Of a stretch of 64,000 nt of DNA, positions 24,022 to 38,106 are shown one piece after another. Numbering within the stretch: the first letter of the stretch is position 1; each line of letters starts with the position of its first letter. The notes under the pieces were generated by a model, which was not told the origin of the DNA, did not search any database, and worked only from the letters and a program-made list of their open reading frames with translations. The DNA comes from Tubulanus polymorphus (Eukaryota > Animalia > Nemertea): NCBI RefSeq assembly GCF_964204645.1, contig NC_134028.1:10168001-10232000 (forward strand), in the 5' to 3' direction. The position numbers were made by a program, and so were the translations under genes.

Positions 24022-26944
24022 TCAGAACTCCACCCGTTTTCTTTTTCGAGGAATTGGTGTGTCATCAACTGCATCTATCTGTTGGTGTTCCTGCCGTTTT
24101 CCTCTAAAATTTCCTGAAGGAGAGGCTTTAGCGCACTCGCTGGCGACAAACAAAGATATTTCATTGTGTCCATATGCATGCACAGTAGGATTGTCATGAG
24201 CACCTCCACATCCCCGCTGTTTTGAAAAATTTTCTTCCAAGGGATCCTGACAGAGTTTTTCACTGAGAAAGTATTTTACTCCTGGGATTCTAAACACAAC
24301 TTTCAGCAACTCGGCGAAAGAACAAACTGAAAAATTAAAAGCTCATGAGTCATGGTATATACTTTTCGTAGATGTACATACTTTATGCACGGCTACTTAA
24401 ATAATGCGCCTTTACCGGTAATTCTCAATCCTTCGAGGGTTTCCCAGCTCATGCATTTCTGCGATCTTTCCTTTTTGTTGAGATTTTCATAATGTGCAGA
24501 TTCGCCCTGCCAATCATCAAGAAAAGGAATAAATTCCTCAGTTAGCCACTGAAATGAAAAAAATGTCAATATTAATTAAGAATTTTTATTCTCAATCCAT
24601 TACCATTTATTCAATGGAATTAACAATTTCTTACCTCAACCCTTGTATCATATGCTGTATTTCTCTAAATTTCTGTTCTTTGTTCGAGCTGCATCATTAA
24701 TGGTGGTGATGTTCAAACAGTCAAAGAATTTATTCATATTTTTAATGAAGAGTACGAGTGATTCATTTTCAGGATTATTCTGCATTTCGAGAGCCACTGC
24801 AACAGAATTACTCAAGACCTAAAAGTCAGTAAAGAGAAGCCAATTTAAATAAAACAAAGATGTAAGGACAAAAAATGAAAAGTAAAAATTTGTTTTATAC
24901 CAACCTGTACAGCAAGATTTACTCGCATTCTAGTTGCTGGTGTTAAATGGACATGTTCATGTCTTAACTTATGCAGACGCCTTAAACCTGGTGCAGCCCG
25001 ATTTAAGCCATATTCGTTCTCTACTAGTGACATAACCTGCGTCCATTTCAGTGGTTTATGCTGGTACTGAAAAATATAAAGAAATATTGCATGATACTTA
25101 ATTTACATATTTAGTGTAGAATTACTATTCATATTCATTATGTTAGTACTTACCACAAAATTGCGAGTTTTCTTTCCATATCCAGAATTTTCCAAGTTGT
25201 TCCTAGTCGTTTTCAGCAGATGAGGCACGTCACACACAAAGAAAATTTTCCTCGAAAAGTCATATTTGTTAGTGGTAAAGTAGGTCAGCTCACCATTTTT
25301 ATTTTGCCCATGTATACGGTAAAATTTCCTGTTAGGTGTTGCCCCGTCACTCACAAATGCCCTTACGTAGAATCCAATGCATTCCAATGTTTCGACTGCT
25401 TCCCAAACGCAGGGGTATAAGTTGTGCGAATTGAATCCTTGACAAGGAAAATATGCAATGGGCATCTTCAAATTACTGAACAGGCCACGGATCATGAATA
25501 CACAAACATATGTAGCTAGTTCTGGTTCTTTCTTGTTGGAAAGTGATCTTTTATAGGTCTCCATAATGTTGTTGACGGGACCCATGTCACAAAATCCTAT
25601 AAGTTCACCACTGCTTTTCGAATACACAAGATCACTTTTAACTTTCATTTCATCGAACAATAGCGCAACGTTTTTCTGAAAATCTTCGAGTTTATCAAAT
25701 CCAATATTCTGTAGTCCACGTTCAATAAGGTCAAAATTGATGCCGGGATTCGGTTTTGTGAATTTTATGTAGTCTTCTAAAGTTGATGGATGAGGTAATT
25801 TGATGAAACCGGAATTTCTGATAAAATCATAAGTCCCACGACTTTTCTTTTGTAGGGCGATACACCACTTGATTATTAATGGGTGCCATCGCATTTGTGT
25901 TGTGGGTCCTTTACACTGTTGAACTTGCTGCTTCCAGAGTAATTCTTGAACTGAGCCCGTAGGAAAATCTGACTGGAATTTGTCCTGATTTTGCTGGATG
26001 ATGTTATGAAAAAGACTGGAATGTTTTTCAGTTAATAAGACTGATTCTCTTCTGTAAAGTTTCGATATTTTCTTTTCCAGAGCAGCATTTGTACGCAGAA
26101 CTTTTTGTCGATCACTCTGTGTATTTCGCAAACGTTTTATAGCTTCACTATGTGTCAAATAATCCAATCTAGTTGTACTTGACACATCAGTTCTTGAATT
26201 ATTGGTTACGTGACGTTTCCTCATCACGAGCAAAGATTTTCGGAAATCTTTACATGCTGCACACTGTTGATTAATTTCTAAATCTGATGAAGCAAGAATG
26301 CAATGCAAGTGACTAACAGTCCTATCATACATTTCACCACGCCACTGGACACATCTTGAAATATCTTGAGCAATAATTGCTCCGGCCTGATCATAAAACT
26401 GTGTTTTTCCATCCTTGCAGCGTTTTTCACAAACATCTTTAAAATCGGGATTACCGGGGCAGGTTCCTGCAGTGAGCAAAAACACAAACTTCTCATCCAC
26501 ACTACCATTAATGCATGATGTAACCTCAATATTTGAAATGAATAAACGCAACGTCTGATCAGCCTCTAAAATTGCTTGCCGCAGTATGCCTTTATCGGAA
26601 AAAGCGTACGTATTCACAGGGCTGTTCGGAGAGCTGATGTTCTTAAAATTTGTCTTCTGTGCTGCTGCATCACATAGTTTACGCAGGGGTGAGTCACAAC
26701 ATAAATCGAATGTCCATTGTTTTAATTTGATAGTCACAGGGACAGTTTTTTTAACGTTTTTGTTCTTACGCCATTTTTGTAATTTTACACGACACATATT
26801 GCAGATATATATCGGGTACTGTTCAGTATCATCATCAAAATCAATGTTGAACAACTCCTTCACATGGCTTTGGAAATTATTTTTATCGATAGGACGACGA
26901 TCCGGAGGTTTCGCATTTTTTCCACACAATCGACAAAGATCCAT
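24022..26944 (-). CDS. P-element/THAP9-family transposase, multi-exon
   Basis: MRWHPLIIKWC, LPHPSTL, LLFDEMKVK, VSDGATPNRK, CDVPHLLKTTRNN, RMRVNLAVQ, LCQDPLEENFSKQRGCGG..DNPT; GT-AG introns between the fragments. Confidence 0.9.
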
Positions 26945-28598
26945 GCCTAAAAACAAGAAAAGGTTAATTAAATGAGATTGCTGATGCTATTTAGGCAACT
27001 TGGTTTATATGGGGGACAATAATTTGTAGGCCTAATGTAAACGTTATTATGTAGTAAATACACATTTTAAAGATCATACTTCGTGTATATGTTTGTGTCG
27101 TAACATAGCAACATGACGTCAGAAACGAAAGCTGCGCGAGTCTGGGCCGAAATATTTGACATCTTCAAGGCCCAAATAACGCTAAACCCGGAATCGGAAC
27201 GAACTGGCAAAAACATATGTTTAACACATAAAAACAGACTTTAATCACAATATAAATACTTATTGTTCCGATACCGGGTTTCGGAGATATAGAAGAATAA
27301 AAATACATACCTTTTTGGACAAATTTTACGAGAAATTGGTGAATTTCAACCGATTTTCTAAAGAAAAATATGTGCATACACAGCCACTTCCACGTTGTTC
27401 AATGAACTGCAGTGCGCATGCGTAGTATCGATCGCAGAACATTTATCGGGCTAAAACTATTGCGGGTTGTTCTGCGACCGAATCAAAGTTGATGTTGACT
27501 GGTGTTCAGCTGGTAACACACACTCGATAAGCGTAGCTTACTGCTGTTGCGGTAACCTTTGATGTACGGGCTGAATTGAATAGCCTACATCCGGCAATTA
27601 AAAGCGTCCGTATTCCATCTCATCACACTTCCCTGGTTCTAGTAAGCTAATTTAGTAAGTTAGTGGACTTTACAGCCGAGGCTACGGCTCTCCGTCACCA
27701 CCACGTGGATGACCGGGTCCCTCGCTTGAAACACGGACGTGACAACGAGTAAATGCAAAATCATACAAAAGCCATTTATAAACACGATACGTTTTTTGTC
27801 AATATTTAATGTGTAAATTGGATATCGAAGTGACACGTTTTTTGTCAATATTTAATGTGTAAATTGGATATCGAAGTTCTGATGGCAATGTTGATATCTG
27901 TAAATTTAGGAAATGTGGAATGTGACTGCCTGTCAGCATATTTTGACAGTTGAGCGCCATCTATCGAACATAAATTGAAGCCAAATTTTACTGCCAATTT
28001 TGCCAATCATTGTATTGTTAGCATGTCTAATTAGTAGTCTGTTGAATTTTAATAATTTTTTATAATGTCTGAGTAGCAAGCCTGTGTCAAGCTCTTTTGA
28101 GGGGCAATTCTATTGCAAGAAAAAGGGCACTGTTTCACTGTAAAATGGGGCACTTTCTTGTTGAAAAAGCCTGGGCAGATCTTAAATAACAAGTGCCCGG
28201 GTACCTGAAAAATCATTTGAGAATGGATTACTTTTCATTTTCTAAAAAATGAAAATTTTTTCCAATTTTCGAAAAATCTTGACCCAAATCTTTAGGCACT
28301 GACTTTTTTGAAAGGGACTTTTCAGGGGGTTCGTTTGCTACCCCCGAACCCCTCTTCGGTATGGGCCGGAGTAGGCCAATCTGATTCCACAGGCATAAAA
28401 ATTGGCCTAAAGTGTTATTTCATTTCGTGTCACATCGATTTTTTGAAATATTTTGCATAAATCTTTTGAACAAATTGGTCTTAACAAATATCTCATGGGT
28501 GGATATAGCAACACTTTAAACCGCTGGCAGAGGATATGCGCATGTAGCCTCTTTACAAGTCGAGACCTCTGATCGCTCATTTTAACTTGTTTTTTAGA

Positions 28599-31140
28599 TA
28601 ATTCTATAGACCAGGAGGCATTTCTTCTGCTGGACGAAGAAGCACTTAAAGAATTGATACCCAAAATAGGCCTGCGCATTAAGATAAGGAAAAGGATGCA
28701 AGAATTGGAGGGACACATCCTCAATGCCTCCAGTGACAAGGTATGTGCTGTTTTCCAACACACTGCATGTACAGGGTGTCCTGTAAGTAACGCAACTTTT
28801 TACCCTACTTGGGACTTAAGTCCCAGTGGGCTATTGCGTTCACTTTTCGTCTGTCCGTCCGTCAATAATTTATATCCAGTTTCAGGGTTCAGTTCCACAA
28901 ATATATGTTTATATCACAGTCAAATTTTTGTTCTATTATCATTATGTAGGCCTCTTCAGACAATCCAATCAAAAGAGGCATCTTTACTTTACTTTACAGT
29001 ACCTTTACTTTGCATATTTACAGTGTACTAGACAGCCTCAAGCATCAACATCTGAGTGTACCAGACAGCCTCAAGCATCAACATCTCAGGGTTAGTTTTT
29101 GTAGTAAATCTGTACTAAAGATTCTGTAGTGACGCGCAAAAGTTGGTATGAACCTAGTGTAGCAGACTTTTAGCAAATTCAGTTTAAATTCAGAAAAAAA
29201 AAAACATGACTAATGTATCATCAGTTGAATAAGACAATAAGTTGTGTTGGGCTGTTATATTTCAGGTTTTAATCAACAGACATCTGTGGCAGAGGCACTT
29301 GCAGCCATAAGGACAAAACGGCTTGAAGTATGCGCACTACTGCTATACATATTCCTACAATCTCATTTTGTCCTAATTCAAAATTTTTCCATTTTTGCAG
29401 GGCAAGACAACAGAAAATATGCCATCCAAAAAAAAGATGAAAAAACCTGAATTGAAAATAACAGCTGGATGGTTAAGATGGAAAAATGATCGTTACGTCC
29501 AAGTTAGAAGTGCAAATGGTGGTGGAACGCGCAAGATAGATATGCCACGCAACAGCAATTACAATGATATCCTGAAGAAATTGCGAGAGATTTATGACAT
29601 AAAAACGTCGATTGAAAATTGTGTACTTCTAAGTTTTTGTGAGGAAGAAGTGGATGAAAGCATCACATTAGAAAGCTACAAAGACTCACTCAGTAAAATT
29701 GGGAAGCCTCTGTGCTCTCTCTATATAGGGAGGTAAGCAGTCAATGAGATACAATTGGAAATGTGAATACTTGTACAGATGTTATTGACTTCTTTAAATG
29801 TACACTGTACTTACTAAATGACACCAAAGTGATTAGCACCGATTTTACATTTGAAGACAGAAGTACTGTAGTTTCTTTCAACGTCTTTAAATTTGTCAAT
29901 TTATTTCAAATTTTCTGCAATATTACTGAAGTTTAAGATTGAAAAAGGTCAGCATCTATGGCGTGTGGAATTTCACGTTTCGTCTAACAAGATAAGTCTG
30001 TACACTTTACAATTTAAGTAATGATGAGGCAGGTGAAGATGAGACTGGTAATAAGGAGGCAGATGATGAAGATGTTGCTGGTTATAAAGAGGGAAGTGAA
30101 GATGAGGCTGTTAATGAGGAGGTGGGCAAAGAGAAAGATGTGAAAGTGGCTATTGAGAAAAAAACTGACAGGTAAGGCCACACAAAGAAATACCCTAGTT
30201 TCTCATCAGATTTTTTTCTGAAAAGTGACGAGGGCGGGCAAATTCTATTTTTATTGCTTCTTTCAATTAAAAAGCTCAACCTGAGTACTTAGGAACAGAC
30301 GCGGGAGGGAAGTTTTTTTTACTCATGCTAAACAAATACCAGTAATGCAAGTAAAACATATGCAAAAAACTTTATTTAGAATTAAGTAGCTCCTCAATAC
30401 CTACACAATCAAACTATATCGACTCATTTAATCGTTAAAAAAGGCGATTGATGCTTTGCCGATGCGGGCGAGCGCATTTAGGGACTTCATGACAGGGGCT
30501 TTATTTGACTTTCTTGAAAAACTAGGGTATTTCTTTGCCTAATATATTGACGCTAACACAGATGTAATTGTTTTCTATAGATTTGGAATAGAATCTTGAT
30601 AAACTTCTAAGCACTAGAAGCAACACTTCAGTTGTTCCTGGGATGTCGTTATGAACAATTTTACCCTTTTGCAATTTCAGTACTGTAGGTGTGCAAAATC
30701 AGTTCACTTATCAATTAGGAACCTTAGATGATGTTAAAGCATATCTGGCTGACAAGCTCGAAAAAGATAATGCGGATAAGTTTGATGAAGAAATGGGCTT
30801 CGAGTTACTCAACTACGACCGTGAACAATTTGTGCCTGTTTTCGTGGCTCCCCACGTCAAACTCTACATTGAACTGAACAACGTATCAGCCGAAATACGC
30901 GAGACGGGATGGGGAGATTTTGCACTGTTGACGCATCATCAAATGTCAGCCCTAAAAGCGATGAAGCCTGAATATAACTTGACGCATTTAGTGATCGTTT
31001 CACCACCACTTTTACACTATTTTGTCCACTTACGACATTTTTCTGAGGGTGGGGCAAAGATACTTACTCAAAATGTGTGGGAGCTATCACCCAAAACAAA
31101 AATTGAATATGAGGCATGGGTGAGAGATATGATGGAGTAA
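28599..31140 (+). CDS. IS3EU companion protein, multi-exon (SAM-like N-terminal exon); boundaries approximate
   Basis: IDQEAFLLLDEEALKELIPKIGLRIKI (SAM-like); exon 29401-29732 with GGGTRKIDM; acidic exon ~30020-30170; last exon 30681-31140; splice sites visible. Confidence 0.55.
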
Positions 31141-31343
31141 TTTGATACAGACAAGTGTTAATTTGATACATACAAGTGTTATGAGATATGATAGAATATT
31201 TTTTATTTTAAGAAGAGTATTATGAGATATGATAAGAGTAATTTGATACATACAAGTGTTATGATAGAATATTTTTTATATTAATAAGAGTATTATGAGG
31301 TTTTACAGATTTTATGCATTCATCCATTTTTTCATATTTAATA

Positions 31344-31557
31344 CAGTAGGCTCCTCTCAACTCAAATTCGATTAAGTCGAAAATCCGTTCAACTCAGCAC
31401 AATATGTAGAATTTGTTTTCCGCCTCTACCATACCGATACATTTAATTTCATACGTTATAACCATACAATTAATACATTGGTTTGGTTTATTGAGGTTTA
31501 ATTTCTTAATAATTTTGTCAATAACCCCAACGAATTTGAGTTGAGCATAGTCTACTG
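31344..31557. mobile_element. Tc1/mariner-type MITE
   Basis: TA|CAGTAGGCTCCTCTCAACTCAAATTCG ... CGAATTTGAGTTGAGCATAGTCTACTG|TA. Confidence 0.75.
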
Positions 31558-31981
31558 TACATGTTTACGTGAAAAGTTATTCACATTTGAGTGATTTTAT
31601 AGATTTATTTTCAATTATCAATACAGTACATTTTTTGCTGTGTACACATTTTATGCTTTTATCCATTTTATTAAGGAAGATTAAAGAAGTGTTAAATATG
31701 CTTCTGAAGGTAATTGGTAGCATACATGGAAAGAAATTTATATTTTATCATGTATTATGGAAGAGTTACTCACTCTCATTTTTAGATATAAAATAAATAT
31801 ACATGTACATGTTATTTTCTGAAGATTAAGTTAATATCTGAGGCATAAAGGTAGTTGCTGGCTTCATTCATCCTATTTCTGCAGTTGGAATTAAGAGAAA
31901 CAAGTAACCGTTTCAGTGTGACTGCATTCATGAGACTCTCCTCTCAAATACAATCTTCAGTTTTATTTTCATTGTCCAGTT

Positions 31982-33952
31982 TTACATTATTCGACGTATA
32001 TCACCATACAGATCCAATGCTTCCATAAAGGTTTGTGGCATGTCCCATCCATTTTGAAGCATGCAAGTCAAAAATACTTCAGCCGTATCATCACTGCACC
32101 CAAATTCATTGAGTTCATTGTGAGAGAACATATCTTGCAATTGGTTTAAAATTGGTCTATTAAGTGCGCACTTCTTCTCCTGTCCTCCATACACTTGAGG
32201 AGCACTATATAGAATTTCTGGTATTCCTCGTTCACAATTAATATCCTTCATTTTTCGAACACGATGAGAGTTCCATCGGAGTAGTACATTTTCAAGTTCG
32301 CGCCGGATAATTTTAGTGAAACATAACTGGAGCAAATCGTACTCATTTAAATTGTTGGGGTCATACACTTGAGCCATAATCATGTCCTTAAACAGATTCA
32401 TCCAGAACTGAGTGAAATTCTGGCGCAAAAATCCCCACCATCTCTCTATTCGCTGGTTGTGGACAGATTTACAGATCAGATATGGATGATCTGCATGTTC
32501 ATCATTGTGAAGTGATCGCAGTAATGTGCGAGTGTCAAGTATTGTCAAATTTTCACAACCTGGGTCAACTCGTACAAAAGCAGGCACACCATCCAATTGA
32601 TCCACATAATTCAGATATGAGTTAACAATTGTATCACCATGTCGATTGGTATTTCCGACTGTTAGCCATAGCATTTTCCTACTGAAACCATCAATAGCCC
32701 CATGGATAAAAAATCCATATGGTGCCAATTTGTCGTTTTGGTCAATATGCACCAAGTAGTTAGGACCAGGAGTTCGGTATGTCCTCCGCCGTAATCTATT
32801 CTTTATTCTAGACTCCATGACTTCTCTTTGTATGATGTTCAATATATCGAGCACAGTTAGCCTGAAAGATAGTAAAAAACATGATTACATTACATTCATT
32901 ATACATGTAGCTATATCGCTTGGAAGTTGCACTAATTTGAGATTTATCATAGAGCCGTTGAGTGATCATGAAAGGAGCACTTTGCACACCAACCTTTTGA
33001 CAAGCAAATGGTGTTCATTTCTAAGTGCATTCCAAATGAAACGATAACCCATTCTTCTTCCAGCATGTAAAAGTTCATGTCTAATGGCATTTTCGATATC
33101 TATGATAGAGCTTTCATGGCACTTCCTTTTCAAACCTAGTTCTTTCATGCGGCGCTGGATCTGCCTTGTTCTGAAAAGAGAAAATAAAATTATTCAAATT
33201 ATTCTTAAAGAGATTAAAGGATGCAACATACGTAGGCCTATGTGACATAGGCGGGGACGAGTGTGGGGTCCAAAATCGCCCATTCGTCCAAACATCAAAG
33301 CCTCTCTTTTGGGTGGGTGTGAAATCAGAGAGGGTGGAACTCGTCGGTGGCAAATGCGCGTGCCATAGGTGCGAAGCCCCTTCAGTGGGGTTTGGGGGCC
33401 TCCCCCAAGAGAACTTTGAAAATAGAAACGTTCTAGATGCATTTTCGGTCAAATTCTAGTGAATATTTCATATAAAAATGTCACTGAAAAGGTATTTAAT
33501 CCTCAAAACGTTCAGAATAAGTTTTTATTGGGTCTATTAATCCAACAATATATACTGGTCTTACCCTTCGTTTATGGAGACTGGCAAATTGATATCAATC
33601 TAGGCCTATATCTATATAATAGTTTTATGAATGTGAGCAAGTGCGAAAGGAGAGTGACGTGAAATCGAGCCAAAAAAATTTTCTTTAACAATAATGGAAC
33701 TTGTCTTGAGATCTTTTTTTTTGGGGGGGGGGGCGTATGGGCCTCTGGATCAAGGGTAAGGAAGGAAAGGATCAAACTTCAAAGAAAGGCCTTCATCAAC
33801 TGAGTGCAGTTATTATTAGTAATACACGGTTTTTCAATTGTAAAAACTACTAACGATCGAATAATATTGTGTTTAGCCATCATCATTATCTTGATTTCCA
33901 ATATTTGATAACCTTGGTGGAAGTATATTTCTATAAGATAGTCGTAATACAT
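31982..33952 (-). CDS. IS3EU DDE transposase (integrase-core), 3 exons: ~33952-33855, 33170-32994, 32861-31982
   Basis: PGPNYLVHIDQNDKL, IHGAIDGFSR, RVDPGCEN, SVHNQRIERWW. The exons join in frame (IIRS-TRQIQRR; LVKR-LTVLD). Confidence 0.85.
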
Positions 33953-34717
33953 GGTTTCGCCGTTTGCTCGCGGCTGACAGTACAGAGGTCACTAGCGGAC
34001 GGACACGCGTATTGAAAATAAATCGTATCTCTTATGTTACTATGTTGTATCTCGTATGTTGTATCTCGTATGTTGTATCTCGTATCTTATATCTCGTATG
34101 TCGTCTGAGGTCTTCCATAGTTAAGTGTCTCACACTAACCTTCGAAGACTCCGACGAGTTGCCCCATCCCCCATTCCTGTAACTTCTCCACGACAAATGA
34201 CATCTTGTGACCAAAAATGGCGCCCTACTAATATTCGTATGTCGCATATCATATGTTGTATCTCGTATGTTGTATCTCGTATCTTATATCTCGTATGTCG
34301 TCTGAGGTCTTCCATAATTCCAGCCTTTCTGTATAGTATAGCTAAATGACCGGCGCGCGTTGCATCATGGGTAAATTTATTATAAAACATGGCGGATCTA
34401 TTAAAGTTGGATTAACGTATCGCTGGTAAATTATCAAATATTTATCCATTATCAAAGCCCATATTCAAGTGCCTGTGCTTTACCTCCGCTTAAGGAGGGT
34501 TCACAGGTCTTAAGCAAATCTACGCAAACAGAAAGCCTCTCAAGCAACCCTGCAAGAATTAATCAACAGTGAGTTTCCAGTTGAAGTCACAACACCAATC
34601 GCTGCTGCCGCAACAACTCCTCGAGAAGTGGTGTTGACTGAATGAGTTCTCAACCAGCAAGCTGAAAAAAGTCAACTCAAGCGTAAATGTGACCAACTCA
34701 CCACAGAAAATGAGTCA

Positions 34718-37710
34718 ATGTCAGCTCGTTTGTCACTTTACGAAGCTAAGGTGAAGTCAGCTGAAACCAAAATGCGAGAAACAACTGCGGACATCATCAA
34801 ACTAACCAGTGAGCTAAAGAATGGTTCAGCATCAAAGAATCGACTGGAATTAGAGCTACAGGGTTTGAAAGACAGATATAGTAAAGAGACAGACAAGGTA
34901 TGTAAATATATGAGTCAATTTCAGACTGCCAAGAAAGAAAATTTATGTCTCCGCAAGAAAGTCCAGCGTCGAAATGAGAAGATTGCTGATGTACAAGAGC
35001 GTCTAAATGAAGAGGCCTGTCAAAGACAGAAAACAGAGTCGCAGCTCCAAGATACTGAGGGTAAGCTAGCTGATTGTTTCAATTCTCTGAGTCTTTCAGA
35101 TGAACGTGCACATGCAATGGAAATTGAATGTCGTATGCTGCGGAACAGTTTAAGTCAACTACGCTTGCGAAAATCCAAAAGTGCTATCAACTTGCGCGAC
35201 ACAATTGACCAAAACGCTATTCACATCACCGAACTCGAGAAGACACTGTTAGACATAAAACGAGAGAATGAACATTTGAAAGTTCTGATAGCAGTCGAGA
35301 ATGACCCGGAAATTACAACCATGTGTAAGGGTAGGTTTACCGATGAGAATCGACACGCTGTAATGGAGCTGCTTACAACTCACCATGTAAGTATGAATAA
35401 TATCCCTGGCGTAATAAAAACTGTTTTACGTTGTTTTCTCTCTGTTGAATGCGAAGACCTCCGATTACCATCAAATGCTCTGATGAGCCAATTGTTAATT
35501 GAAGCCAACTTTCTGGCTAAATCACATATAGCTGAGGAAATGCTCTCAAACATGCCTCAAGATTCCACCTCTGGTCACTGCCTCCATGGAGATGGCACCA
35601 GTAAATTTCACAATAAGTACCAGAATTTTCAGGTCACTCTCAACTCGGGTGAGTCCCTGTCGATGGCCATGTCTGAAGTCGGCAGCGGTGATACTGAAAC
35701 CCTCATGAAAAACTTTTTAGATTCTATTTCAGACTTGGCGTCATGTGTCGTTTCAGGTTCTGACCAAAATAAAGAAGAAATAGTTGACAAATTGGTTGGG
35801 TCTATCAAAAATACTATGTCTGATCAAGGTGCAACCAATCCCTGTTTTAATAAACAATTGCAAGCTTTGCGTCAGCAAGTACTTGTAAAAGCAGTTGAGA
35901 ATTGGGACCAATTATCTCAGCCTAACAAGGCAAGCCTTGCATCTATGGGCCATTATTTTTGTAAGATGCACCTTTAAATCAATTTTGCAACGGAGTGTGA
36001 CAAAACCCTCTCTTCCTTCGAGAAACTAGCATTAGAAGTGGAACCTACACCAGGAACAGAGTCAGGCGTTGGAAGATTGATTCGCACTGCTGTCAAGGCT
36101 TTCCATCCAAGAGGTTCTGAAAAGGCCGGAGTTGCATCTCATTTTAATTCTTATCTTACAGGGGTTCCATCAAAACTGTGGTTGAAAACTTACAAAGGTA
36201 ATAGGTTCAATATCCTATTCTATGATGGTGCTGCATTATATTACCATCGTAAACATATCACAGATTTTCTTCTACAATGGCCGAGTCCAAATCTCTTACT
36301 CCAGGCAGTTGATAATGATATTAATAATAAAGTCTTTCTAGCCGGCGCCCGTGCGCTGGGGATTATTGACAAGATCATTACAGGGCCTTTTTGGAGAATA
36401 ATCAACAAATGTCAAGCCATATTGGACACGAACCCCTATCTACTACAGATGAAAGTGAAATGTGATGAATGGTCAAAAGATTCTAGTCAGCTCATGCAGG
36501 GGAGGTAATGTTTCATTTCGAAGGTGAGGATTTGATACATAAAGATGTTCTCTTTGAAGCTTTATTTGCAGATTCTGGAGATAAAGAACTTGATATTCTC
36601 ACTCAACAGGCTCTTGAATTGTGTATGCATGCATTACTCTTAATTCTTGAGCGTCAAGCCCATGATCAACTTCCAGGCGGCAAATACGAACATCCGGACG
36701 CATCTCTGGTCACCAACAGTTCAAATGTGCCCACTACTAATGTGATATCTGAGCGTGATTTTGCAATTCTAGATCTTCTGATTCGAATAAAACCTGCGAG
36801 TAAAACCGAAACTCTTGAGACTTTAACTTAGTGGATGAACAGCAAAACTGCTTCCTGGCTGTCAAACAAGTCGGCAGATGAGCGTACTCAACTGTTTGAC
36901 AAAGCAAGACAAAATTATCCTTCCATCAAATTAAAGTTTAAAGAACGTAGGTTATCTATTCAAAGGCAAAAGTCTGCTCAGTTACTTGCATAACAAAGAG
37001 CCAAGACAGATGCAGAGGAACGTTTGTACACAAAAAAGGTCAGTGCTACCACCAATATGTCCACGAATTGTGGCACAATCTGGGTAAGTCAATCTGTGGT
37101 TGATGATGAACTTGATAAATTAGCCCAACATAAGGTAAAGGATGCAGTTTTAAGTCAGATCAATTTTCATAAACATGTACTTAAGTCAAAAGGTCCAAAA
37201 GAGTTGTTTTACCAGTCACAGACTGTTAATGGTCAACGCGTTGTTTTTGACGTTGACACTCTGGTAAGCAATTTAAAACAAATCATTGCACTCAATCCTA
37301 TTCATGTCAACTCCGATGGGGATGTCACAATTCCTTCAACTTCAGCACCAACTCACACAGTCAACATTACATCAGCAGACAACCGTCATCAAGCAATGGC
37401 TGAACAGAAGAGATTAATATCTGCCAAATTGAGGGATACAAGAATGAAGCGTATTGTAGCCAACCAAAAACTAAAGCTACCCAAGTATCTCCTAGATCCA
37501 GCAAGCCTAGTTGGCAAACAAGTAGAGCATCGCTTCTCTGATGATGGTGAGATGGTGTGGTTTAACGGTGAGGTAGTCGACATAAACAGCCTTCGAGATG
37601 ATAACCCCATCAAATCTCTCTTTGACATCGTGTATGAAGGTGAGGATGATCGGTACACTTTCGATCTCTTAGGTGACCTTAAAAAAGGTGACCTAATCAT
37701 TAAGGATTGA
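34718..37710 (+). pseudogene. hAT(w)-like DDE transposase, disrupted, with N-terminal coiled coil and C-terminal Spindlin/Tudor-like domain
   Basis: HGDGTSK (D1), MSDQGATN (D2), FCKMH (CxxH), TNVISERDF (E). Stops at 35975, 36829 and 36991; frameshift near 36505. Confidence 0.75.
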
Positions 37711-38106
37711 GTGCCTGCAATGAGACTTAAGAAAATCTGATTCTGCAAGGGTTATTATCATATCATCATTCAAGTTGGACCTTCTATTATCATTCTGTTT
37801 AAGAGGGTAATTGCAGGTATGGAATTAACCATTTCAGATCCCGGATGTCGTACCGGTACCGTACACCGGTTGTCCTGGACGCCTGTCTTTAACCCCCTGT
37901 AAAGTGTATAATCATTAACTCCTTGTACATCTATAACCTGTATGATAATGAATGAATTTATGAATTTATTCCTCACATCCTATTGTCATATATATAACAC
38001 CGAACTGGCCATTTTTGTAGAAACTCAAAATGTATCTAAGGTGAGTAGATACATACTCAGAGTTTCTCAATTCACATGTACCATTAGCAATTATATGTGG
38101 TTGTTT

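Larger units (their letters stand above)
22125..27635 (-). mobile_element. P-element superfamily transposon
   Basis: Perfect 33-bp TIR CAGGGAAGTGTGATGAGATGGAATACGGACGCT; 7-bp TSD GTTCTAG at 22118-22124 and 27636-27642. Confidence 0.92.
22106..34316 (-). mobile_element. autonomous IS3EU element (element A), rearranged, with ends at 34119 and 34316
   Basis: Two ...GTCGTCTGAGGTCTTCCATA ends sharing the same subterminal variant; integrase-like transposase plus a convergent companion gene; CTTAAC/GTTAAG inverted TSD. Confidence 0.7.
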
